The notes under the pieces: model-generated | The model's input: only the letters and a program-made list of their open reading frames with translations | Database searches by the model: none | What the model was told of the DNA's origin: nothing | Assembly (NCBI GenBank): GCA_012295275.1 | Contig: CM022665.1 | Span: 41,540,001 to 41,604,000, forward strand | Length of the DNA: 64,000 bases | Source: Chrysomallon squamiferum | Lineage: Eukaryota > Animalia > Mollusca | Reading direction: 5' to 3' | Shown: one piece after another, positions 41,443-53,243 of the stretch | Layout of the letters: the number at the start of each line of letters is the position of its first letter | Position numbering within the stretch: position 1 is the first letter of the stretch | Translations under genes and position numbers: made by a program

Positions 41443-44400
41443 AGAGATAGATAAGAAGACATATATATATATATATATATATTATAATTTATAAATGTAA
41501 TATCTTAATGTAGAAACAGAAGAGAACAAGGACAAAACAGACATAACAGATGAAGTACAAAATGAAAGCAGTGTAAGTATTTTTACAATACTTGTGTTGT
41601 TTTGAATAAGTATTGCTTTTAATTTTGAAAAAAAAAAATTAATTACAAGTTTGTTATTTTTGAAATTATATATTTTTGAAATTATTTGTTTGTTAGAGAC
41701 AGGTTGTTATATTACTAAATACAAACTAATATCTTTAATTTTTGAAATATAGATTTTGCAAAATAATATAAAGTCTTGTATGGATAGACTATAAAATGTT
41801 TTAGTATATAAGTTAGTGTTTATGAATCTGATGAGATCTCAAAATATATTTTGTTACATCTTTATGAAATTTCCATCAGGATCCAAAAAATGGTAAAAAA
41901 AAAAAAAATATATATATAACAAAAATTAATAATAATAACAAGGATGATAATTGTGATTGATATCTTTGTTGACATTCGAATATAGTAGAATTATGTCTGT
42001 GCATTTTAATATTAGGATGTACATATTAATTATAAATTATTCTTGTATTTCTTTAAAAATTTTATAACAATAATAAAAACAAATATTAACAGAACAGAAG
42101 CAGATGTTAATGATAATAATAATAACTGTCTTTTAAATAACAGTGGAATATTTTCTTTTTACAGTCTAACACCACAGATGGTAGAACAGTGGTCACACTG
42201 CCCGGTAAGAAGGACATGGCATTGCCACTGGACAAGAAACGTAAACTTCCAGGTTGGATGAAGCAGATGGCAGCTTCAGGTGGTTTGCCTGAAAAGACTA
42301 AAACAAAAGCTAAAGCCAGTGCTGTTGCAAAGAGAAATAGTTAGTTTGACGTAGAAAAAATAAATTATTTAATATTAATTTATTAAATGTGATTTCAAAA
42401 TTTAATTTGAAATTGTCAGTAGCCTCCCAGACACACACTCACAAACCCTACCACTCCCCTCTCCCCTCAAAAAAAACATTCAGTGGAATAACAACAGTAA
42501 TGAATATGAAAAAAAAGAAAAATGTTGTTATGAATACACTTTTAGTGTCATAGAGGTTTTAGTTATGAACCCGTTAAATTAAAAATACGAAGACCAAAAA
42601 GTCCATTTTGGACAAAAGAGTAACAGCACAACTGTTATTTGCTTGTATCAAGTCAAATGTGTATTTTGATAACAGTTGATAATTGTTATGTTTTTATTAA
42701 ATAAAATATTTATGTTTGAGATTATAAAATATTTATTATGCATTAATATTGTTAATGTTATCTCAGTGGGGGAAAAAAAAAAAAATCAGATATTCCATAA
42801 AAATGAAAATGTTGCAGTTTTGACCAGCTTTGTGTTGATATTTTATATGGTTTTTATTATTTTATTTATTTATGTTTAATGTCACTTTTAGCTTTTATTT
42901 GTTGAAAAAAAAATAATAATAATAATAATTAAAAAAAAAAAAAAAAAAAAACTAAGTTTATTAATTCTGATTTAATCTTCACCTACATAAAAAAAAACCC
43001 AAAAACCCATAAATATATTAAATATACTTTTATGTGTAAATATGTGGGGTTTTTTTGGTTAAAATAAGCATGATTTATTTTTATTTATTGATGATTACCG
43101 TACGCTTTACAGCCACAGCTAAAAAAGTATCTGACTCCGAAGAGGAAGAGGAAGCAGAACCACAGACGAAAACAACATCACGTCGACCAGTCGCCAAAGC
43201 AAAACAAAACGTTGATGACGATGATGATGAAGACAATGGTGACAACAACTACAGCAGTGAGAATGACGATGACAGCGAGGATGAAGAAGACACCTCTCAG
43301 AAGAAAAGAAGACCTGGCAGAACACAGGTGAAAAAGAAGACAAAAAGGAGAGGCGATGATGATGACGATGACGATGATGACGCAGATTACGAAGAAGTGA
43401 AGTCCTCAGCTAAAAAACGTGGCCGTGGTCGCTCAAAGCGTAAAGGTTCTGACGACGAAGATGAAAGACCCCGAAGACGTAGGAGACAGGTGAAACGTAA
43501 GGAGACTTCAGAGGAGTCGTCTGAGGAGGAGACCAGACAGAGACAGCGACCACAAAGAGCAGCACGTCAGGCCAGAGGCAGCTATGGTAAATAAACCCGG
43601 AATTAATCCAAATATAAATCTTCATTATTTCATTTATCTTACAGTAAAATATCTTTAGATATCATTTTAAGTTCACCTGTTTCAATAAAAAAAATTAGCC
43701 TTAAGGTTACAGACGTTCTAAAAAAATCATTACTGGTAAATTTTGTTGACTTAAATAAATTTAACAAATAGACTATTTAAAAAAAAAAAAAAATTGGTAT
43801 TTCAGTGGATGACATCATCATTGATGATGATGATGATGTTGATGATGATCTGCCTCCCAGTGCTAAGAAGGCTGAGGAGGAAGACAGTGACTTTGTTATC
43901 GATTTTGAGGATTCTGGAAGTGATTGGGACAGCAAGAAGAAGAAAAAGGTAATAACACTCCTTAAAACTTCTCATTTAGACTATTTCCTGATATGACCAT
44001 TGCCCCATAATCTAGTTTTTCGAAAATGCTTTGTGTGTTTCTTAGTTTGTTGGATGATGTTTAAAAATGCTTTGCTGTTAAGTTACAAGAATAGAGCACT
44101 GTGGTGTGGCAGCAGTAGGATATCTCTCTCAAGCCATTATTAAACAAATAATAATAATAACAAATTTAAAAAAAATACATGTATAAGTATGCAAGGTACC
44201 TAATAAACAGGATTAAATATTGAGATTTGAATTCTAATTAATAGATTAATATGAAATAACATTAAAAAAAGAAGAAAGATATATGTTTTTGTTTTATCTT
44301 AATAATGATAACTTACATCTAGTAAAATACAATTTATTTAATTATTAAAACGAAAAAGACTATATGAAATGTGATCAGAACTAATTTTTTTTTTTTTTTT

Positions 44401-47400
44401 TTTTTTAAATTTTAACTTATTTATTTTTATTTAATTTTTGAGTACTTGTTGGAAGGGAGAATGAACAGAAACAGATTGGTACATTTCAGGGTAAACCCTC
44501 AACAGTGAAAAGACAGTCTAGTCGTAGAGGCAGGCCAAAGAAGTCAGCAAGGGGAGGTGACTCCGATGACGATACCTATACCCCTCGGACGAGTCGGAGA
44601 AGAGCGGCAACTAAAAGAAATTACTCCCAGGACAGTGAAAATGACTTCTCTGACGAAGATGATGACGACAATGATGATACAATATCTTCAAAGCGGTCAA
44701 AAAAGAAAGTGAAAAAACATGATAGTGACAGTGACAGTGATGATAATGAGTCGGTATCTAAAAAACAGTTGTTCAAGAAGAAAAAACCTAATGAAAGCGG
44801 TGATGAGGATGATGGTGGTGATGATGACGACAATGATGGAGATAGCAAAACAAATAACAGAACAGTTAAAAAAAGAGGAGCAGATGATGATGAGGAGGAG
44901 GAGGTTTCTTCAAATAAAAAGAGTAAAACGAATACCAGTGATGAAGATAGTGATGATAATGGAAAAGAGAAAAAGAAAGCCAAGCATAGGAAATTGTGTG
45001 AATTTGGGAAGAAGTGTTACAGGTAAGACAGTTCGGTTATTTATGCTTTTGTGTGTTGTTAGCAAATCTGGTAATCAGTAGATTATGTTAGAATATCATC
45101 TTGACATAAGGAATTCAAAACTTGGTATTGAAGTACACAAGTAACATCTAACTTATCATGTTGACATTTTGAGTACAAATTTTTTTTTATTAAATCATAC
45201 AGGTGGTTAAACATAGTATCTGGTTCATAATATTTAGTCAGTTTAAATAAAATGTTCAGTATTTTTAAATCCTTATGTTATCTGTCAGATACATTACATG
45301 AAAAAACCCTCTTCGTTTTCTTATCCTGTAATTTTATTTTATTTTATTTTTTAATCCATATTCTACGAAGAAATGTTAGTATTAGAGATGGACAGTCAGA
45401 TTATGAGACACCTCACATAAATTATAGCATACCTAAACTTTTAAAACATTTATTTCAGGTTTTGAAAAAAAAAAAAAGAATAAAATTCTAAAAACTAATT
45501 GATGCAACTGATTAGCCATACATGTGTTACGTAATTCATTACTGTTATCACTACAAAAAGTTTTAAACACATTATGCATAATAATTATCAGAATTTTATG
45601 TAATGTCAGCTCGGATGAAACAAAATTAAGTGTGCGTTTTCTAGTAACTAACACTTCTTGCATTGGTTTTATTTAGGAAAAATCCTGTTCATTTCAAGGA
45701 GTACTGTCATCCTGGTGATGCTAGCTATGATGAAGCAGGTGCAGACAGTGATGATGGAAAACCTGAATGTCAGTTTGGTGCTCACTGCTTCAGGTAAAAA
45801 AACTGGGGGTGGTTTTTTTTTGGGGGGGTGGGGTATCTTCTTTAAACTTCATCGTAATAAACAAATAAAGACACATTTACTAGCTCCTTAGTACAGCTTT
45901 TACACTGATGTCTTGTAGGTACTGAACATTTTCTAATTGTATTTCTGAGAAAGGAGAGACCTGCTCTTGCCAGTTAATGAGTTAACATCAAGAGATATTT
46001 TAGAATTCTGCACAACTTCACACAAAATAGCAAAGCATGTATGGCAGCCTTTCATATTTCAAATCGTGAATTTCATCATTTAAATGCTTTGCCATGAAAT
46101 GAATGGTAACTCAGACAGTCATGGATACTGTTGTTTTCCTTTGATGGTTTTCAGATTGGCTGAGGGAAAAAAATCAAAAATGCAGAATTCTGACATACCT
46201 TTTGCAATATTTTTTTTGTTATTGTTTGATTTTTTTTGGTTGTTGTTTTTTTTTGTGGGTTTTTTTCAAATGTAAATCTTTTGCTTTTTCAAGAACCAAC
46301 CCACAACACAGAGAGAAATTCTACCATCCAAGTAAAAATTCAAGACCAGGAAAAATTACAAATAACAGAACAGGTGTTTTATTTTGGTAGCTCAGTGCTT
46401 AGCTGTAGCTGTATTAATAAGTTATTTTATTTATTAGAGTCAGTTTTTTTGTTTTTTTTTCACCCAGACTTGACATTTTTAAAAAATCATTTCATTAAAT
46501 ATAATCTGCATTATCCCGTCACTTAACAATTTAGATTCAGTAAATTGTACTCCCTGAAAGAATAGCTGCTTTGTTATATCTTTCCAATTTAGACAAAATC
46601 TTTCAATGTTTTGTGTTTATACCATTTTTAAGTCACTTATAACATAACCTCTCTGTGTTCTTAATCTTTATGATGCAACTTTTAGAAACTTAACACATTA
46701 TGTTAAATCAATTTATTTTATGTTTTGAGAGTCACATCAAACCTAAAAGTTTATTCTTGTTGTCAGCTGACAAGTATAAATGTTGCTGACTGTTTCAAAA
46801 AAATGGAACAATTTTTTAAAACACAAAATATTTACACAGCGTCATTATTTGTTGAGACAAAGTCTCAAGTGAAAACGTTTTGTCTAAACAAAAGTTTTGT
46901 TTTCTCTTTCTTTAATATCTAACTTCTTATTTTCCTATGTGATAAATAACCTCTCCATTTCACTGCAGTTTCTGTTACGCTGATTTTCACTGCTTAACAC
47001 TGGTTTTCTTAAAATACTTAAAACGGCACTGTTTTTATTCTGTTGTGTGATGATGTTACACTTGTAAACAGGGTAAAAAAAAAAAAAAAAAAAAAATTAA
47101 AAAACGATTAAAGATAACAATAATATAATAATAAAGAAATTATTTATACATAATCACATGTGCATGTGTATTTGTGTGTGTGTGTGTTTTTTTTATGTAT
47201 ATATAATCAATTTAAAAACTACCACTATTACTCACATTAATAAATTATTTTTTTTTTTTTTTTTTTTTAATGTAATTATTTTACACAATTGTCTTGCACT
47301 TTTCAGGTAAGAAAAATGATAACAGCGATGATGATGATGACGGTCTTCCAAATACTTATGATTATAACGACACCTTCATTGATGACGTTGGCAACTCTGA

Positions 47401-47545
47401 TTCTGACAGCGATTCCTCAGACATGGACGCTGGCAATGACTCAGACTACAGACCTGATACTGAAGAAATAAAATCACTGAAGAAAGATGCAAAAGGATTT
47501 ATAAAAAACAAAAAACTTGTGAAACCAGTTGGCAAACAAATCTGA
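37243..47545 (+). CDS. APLF: Aprataxin and PNK-like factor (FHA, Ku-binding motif, two PBZ zinc fingers, acidic histone-chaperone tail), about 741 aa
   Basis: Exons 37243-37335, 39234-39305, 40094-40257, 40921-40997, 41514-41572, 42165-42339, 43113-43586, 43806-43948, 44490-45022, 45677-45793, 46294-46373 and 47307-47545 sum to 2226 nt in frame. Motifs: FHA (TVIGRGPFL..KRVSRTHA..HSNPCF), KBM (KKRKLPGWM), PBZ1 (CEFGKKCYRKNPVHFKEYCHP), PBZ2 (CQFGAHCFRTNPQHREKFYHP) and tail (PNTYDYNDTFIDD..DAKGF). Confidence 0.93.
40771..40903 (+). repeat. 45-bp tandem repeat x3, each unit containing a TTTTCAG acceptor-like sequence
   Basis: Units start at 40771, 40816 and 40861, just before APLF exon 4. Confidence 0.85.
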
Positions 47546-49033
47546 GTAAATAGCTGCTTGTTTTTATATGCATGTTTTGTTTTTGACATGTAACTATATA
47601 AGATATACACAGGGTATTTGTTAGTTGTTTTTATTTTTTTTTTTTTTTGGCTTTTCTAATTTTAGATATCTGCGACACTGTTTTGTTGATGAAGCTTGTG
47701 ATTATGCTCTGTGTTTATAAACATTCAGAACAATAATGTTTAATTATTAAATTAACATTTTAAAATATATATATATATATATATATATACACTGCCCAGG
47801 AGGTTTTTAGACAAGATGCAAAAATTTGCAACACTGATTGAGAAAAGAGTTAACATTTGTTGTCTTTTAAAATCTTTTTTTAAATAATCTTTTTTATCAT
47901 ATTATCTTTAATGTTTGCATTGAAAATCATGAAAATAAAACAGTACAAGATCAGTTTCCTGTGAAACATACTATCTTATTTTCCATTTGAAATACTTTGG
48001 TCTGTAACTAATTCCCTGCAGTCTCATAGAATCAACTAAGAACCTTCTGGTGCATAAAACTACAACAACAATATAAAAAAGCCCAGATCTGTTTTAGAGA
48101 CTGATGAAATTTAATAATGGCTCCATCACTAGCCTATTGAAAAACAAAATAAAAATAAATAGTAATAAAAATTAAAATAAGATGCAAAAAATTAAGTATC
48201 ATTGTTTTGCTCAAATATATTTTTCTGAAGGGCAGTTGATATTGTTGAATGAAGTTGTCCATCCAAGAATGTAAGTTTTTATTTATTTTTTATGGATATT
48301 AGAATAGTGGGCTACAAGATGAACACTGTATATGTGTTAATATTTTTTAAAGAACCCTGTGTATATTTTTATATATTTATATCATGCTAAAGTGCTCATT
48401 ATACATTAGTTTAGGGTTTTAATTTTCATAGCCGTGCACTTTGTGGTAATTATGAGCTGACTGGCCAGGAATACATTACAAAATATGATTTAATGGTCAT
48501 ATCCAAAAATATTTGACATTTGTATAGTTTTTGTTAGCTTATCATAGAAATCAAAATGTTTGTTAATGTTTCAACTAATCAGTGTCGAATCTTGTGTTGT
48601 GTTGAGGCTTTCAACAATTTTGTAAATGTAGATCGTAAATGACTCACATGTTGGAGAACAGTATTGGGTATGGTATATAATCAGTGGCTTGGAGAGAAGA
48701 AAATTGTTTTAAGTTGTAGCCAGCACTATGTCAGAAAACTGAGTATTACATTTTACTGTTAGTCAGAATATGATGAACTCTAATTATAATATGCCATATC
48801 GCGAGCTCCATGGCTAAGTACATTTAATTTAAAAATTGATAACATCTGTAAGAAAATATTTAAGTTTAATAAGTGAAATATAATTAGCTGGAAATGGTAA
48901 TGAGAATTAATTAAATACTTTTATGTATGCTTCATGTATTTTGTTGCTTTTTAAAAGTAAATAATGCTAATATATACATGTATATATTTTTTCCATTTTA
49001 TTTTGTTGCTTAGAAAGTAAGTTAAATAGATTC

Positions 49034-49256
49034 TGAATCTGTACCAGTCAGTTAGACTGGTATACTTTGAGTAAATCTAATATCAAGTTAAAAACTGGTT
49101 TATATGTGTTAATAAGTTATGAACCTGTACCAGTCAAATTGACTGGTATACTCTGAATAATACTGGTTTCAAGTTCAAAACTGGTTTATATTTGTTAATA
49201 AGTTATGAATCTGTACCAGTCAAATTGACTGGTATACTCAGAATAATACTAATATC
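49034..49256. repeat. 86-bp tandem repeat (about 2.6 copies) with an internal hairpin in each unit
   Basis: Units start at 49034, 49120 and 49206. TACCAGTC(N5)GACTGGTA occurs at 49042-49062, 49128-49148 and 49214-49234. Confidence 0.9.
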
Positions 49257-52200
49257 GTGCTAAACAGTAGTTCAGCCCTTGTGTTAATATTGAAGAATTT
49301 TCACAAACTGAGACTGGACATAATCTGGTGCAAGGTGAAATTTTATTTTATGTTGTTCATCAAAAAACTAATAAGTATATATTCATGCATATATTTCTTG
49401 CTGTGTACACAAAAGGCTTATTATTTTAAGTGTCTGGCATTTTAAACATCATTGTACATCTGATATTGTATTGGGTTGCAACAAATGTTTCTACAAGTTT
49501 TTCAACTGGTGGTGTTTTTGAGCACATAATTGTATTTCACATGTGAACTTATATACCTGTTCTAAAAGGTAAACAAAATGGCACTTATGGTTGAATAAAT
49601 CTACATACAAAATATATACAGTACTGTCTTTTAATTTCACTTAAAAATGCTGTGAAAATCCGTTCCAGCACAATACATAAATTGCCATCTGCTGTATCCA
49701 TGGTCATTTTCTTTCATTCTTTAAATAACAATGTCATCCCACAGTATTCATTCAGAAATGTTAAAATTATTTCTGGTTCAGGGACATATAATCATATTAG
49801 TAATTTTTGTTTCTTCATTTACTATCCACAAGACGGAAATAAAAAAAAAATTAAAATTTTTAAAAATGTGTGTGTACATGAAAATAAAATAATAAAAAAA
49901 GGTGTTTTTTGAATGTATAAAGCTATATGCTTTACAGTTTAATTACATTTAGTTTTGATTGATTGTTGCATGTTTTTAATATTCTGATATTTTACTTCAT
50001 CTTGTTCTACTGGGTTGGTAAACAAATTGTTGTTATTTTGATTTTCATCTTAATCATTGATTAAATATTTCATTGCATAAATTTGTAATTTTTCATTGCA
50101 AATATAAAATATGTATGTTGTCTCAGAAGATGGCTTCTTGTTTTTTTTTGTTTTTTTTTGCTTTTAATATTTGCAAATATATTTGTTGTATTATAAATTC
50201 ATTTCATATTGAATGATAACAATTAAGCTATGTATCTGTTGTACATACATTTTGTTTTAATTTCATAAGAAAATATAATTAGCTACATTAACATTTCAGA
50301 AATTGTAGTGGGAAGTACTTTAATTTTTATCTCTTTTCACTGGAACTACTACAAATCGTTTTTGGTTTTAAAGAAGACCATTTAATAATGATGTACTTTT
50401 AAAAACATGGGACCCATTTTTCATGAATATTGTTTAGCTTTGTGTTATAAATTTTAGATATGAAATTTAGAAACTAGTTTTGATGGTATTTTGGTTAGGG
50501 AGAACCATTTTAAATCTTATAAATTTTTAATTTTTTTTTTAAATTTTTAAAATTTTTTTAATGTATTTTTTTTTTTTTTTTTTTTTAAAGGTGTTTGTTT
50601 ATGTTGATAACTTTCACTTCAAATTAGTTTTACTTTTAATATGTTTTTATTTTTTGCATTAATTAGGCAGATGTGAAGCAACAGTGTAATCTGTTCTTTT
50701 TACATTTTAATGTTTGTGGAAACATGGGAACTGAAAAGAAATGATAATAGATATTTCTAAATGGTTTTCCAGTTTTCTCAAGGTCAATTTTGTAAGTATA
50801 TTACTTCAAAATTTGTGTAAAAATGTTAATTTTGTAATACTTTCGATGGCATTTTACACTAAATTTGTACAGCATTTTGGATGAATTTTATTTATTTATT
50901 ATTACTTTTTTTAGTTTATAATCAGCCAGATAAATTTAAAATTGTAGAATCATATTTCTAAATATTAGTAAGCTAAAATGAAGTATTAATCAAAGTAGAG
51001 GTTTTCTTTTTATGCAGTTTTATTTATTCATTAATGTTTTAGAAATAAATTCTGTTCAGTTTTATCAGTGTTATTTTTATTGTAATTATAATAATAATAA
51101 TAATTGAATTTTAATTAACTTTTCCCCAGTCATACTGATATTTTTTTCTTTTTTGTGAATTCTTATTTCAACAAATGTATAATGGATTTAGGCACGCCAA
51201 TGATTAAAACAAAATAACTTTGGCTTCATTTTAAGTTGAACTGAACAAATGCTACGCAATATTTTTGTTTTTTCTTTGATTTAAGATGCTTCCAGCCTTC
51301 CAAAATACATTTTAAAACCAATAAAAATGTTGTAGCTACACTTCTTGTTTCAACTGTTGTACTTTGACAGTAGGCCTACATTGCATTTAGAATCTTTTTC
51401 CAAAAATTACAAATGAAGTTGTTTACAGTTTATGATACTGTTAACATATAAAAAAAATAAATAGCCTTTCTGCTTGCCTGATTACAATAGCCGTAGACCT
51501 ATATTTAGTTGAGTTTTTTAAAAAGAAATTATATGAACATTTTTTTAACTGTTAAAACTGTACAATGCATCAACTGCTTTGTAGCAATTTTACTTTTTTT
51601 TTCTTTATGACAAGTTTGTGTAACAACCAAAAAAAAAACTACAAAAAAAACCAAAAAAGATTTAAAAAAAAAAAAAAAAAAAAAATTATTAAAATTATTT
51701 TTTATTTATTATTTTTTACAAAATATTGATACATTTGTTTTCACTCCCATAAAGTAATAAACTTTATGAAAATAAAAGTAGTCAGAATTAACATTTTTAC
51801 TTGATGTGCTGATCCGTCAGTACATAACTGGACTCAACATAAATACATGTATTTTTGTCAGATTCAATTTTTCAGAACCTTGACAACATTTGTCATTAGA
51901 TAAATTCACTACATTGTAATGTTGACAAAATTGTGTGCTAAATAAATTATAACTGGATTAATGGTTTTTAGTTTTTTATTGTTTTTGTTTTTACAAATTA
52001 TTTTTACAAATTATTTTAATCATGTTGAAATATCCAACATGAATTACACGTGTATATTTCTGTTGTTATCATTACAGAAACCTCAGGATTTGATCCTGTG
52101 ACCACTGTTCCAGATTAACAGTAAAATCCATCCATTTCAGCATGTCCATTGAGCAATTTCTCAACCCAGCCATGTAACATGACTGGTAGATCAAAAGCAT

Positions 52201-52852
52201 TTGTTTTATGGGAAGGTACATATAAACAAATCCTTCCTGCTTATTAAAAAGATTAGCCCATCATATAATAGCCTTTAGGTTTCCTTTCTTTCATTATCTG
52301 ACTGGTCCTTATCCTCATATATATGCTGGGAAGTTCTGCTTTCAAATCTTGCAGAACATGCTTCTTTGCAGAGGTAACTGCATCTTTAACTGTTATACTG
52401 TAATGTTGTTTTAAACCAGGCTGTTAGTCTGAAAATTTACAGAATGGGAATCTGCATATCTGAAGTGCAAAGTAACAGACTATTCTAATGCTAGAGCAAT
52501 AAGAAAAGACGACCATTTGATTACAAATGTATGAATGATCCATATCAGTTACATTCAGTCATACCCATGAACAATTATACATTACTTTATTTATTTTCTA
52601 AACTTCACTTACAAAAATACAAATAAATACAAACCCGTATATAATATATAGAAATACATTTAGAAATTACTATCATGATTAAAATAACACTGCAAATTAC
52701 AAAAAAATTGTGTATATATATATATATATATATAAATTTTATAATTATAAAATATTGTGCTTTATTGTTGATACATTTTAGAACAATGCATCTTAAACTT
52801 TATCAGCATCAACCATAAGTAATTTTTGCAAAATTTAATTCACCTGCAACTG

Positions 52853-53013
52853 ATGTTCCCTCTAATTTTCTGCAAACCACTGAGCAGAACTTTTGATGAT
52901 TTGAACAAAAACAAAAATGTACAGTGGCCAAGACTTTTATGTTTACTGAATTAAAATTGGAGGCAACATTTTAATGTGTGCAGCCATATGCCCATACAGC
53001 TTAGAGGGAACAT
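52853..53013. mobile_element. MITE-like element, about 160 bp, with 13-bp terminal inverted repeats
   Basis: ATGTTCCCTCTAA (52853-52865) and TTAGAGGGAACAT (53001-53013) are perfect reverse complements. No clear target-site duplication. Confidence 0.65.
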
Positions 53014-53243
53014 TTTCTTATTGGTAACATTCTGTTTACTTTCCCTCAGGTTTCATTCACCGTTGGATGAATCATTAATTAGCCAGTTTATGAAGAACCA
53101 TTTTAGAGCTTAATTGGATCAAACAGTATCAATGTGAACACATAATGAAGCTGAAACCAATATAATTTTCAGTTCAGTGTTCTTTTTGAGTTGAGATAAA
53201 CATGTATAATTTAGTCTCCAACACTCAGCAGAGACTTTTTCCT

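Noticed and set aside
49034-49256. Palindromic repeats with regular spacing suggestive of a CRISPR array
   Set aside because: The spacers are copies of one another, the context is eukaryotic and there are no cas genes. It is a tandem repeat.
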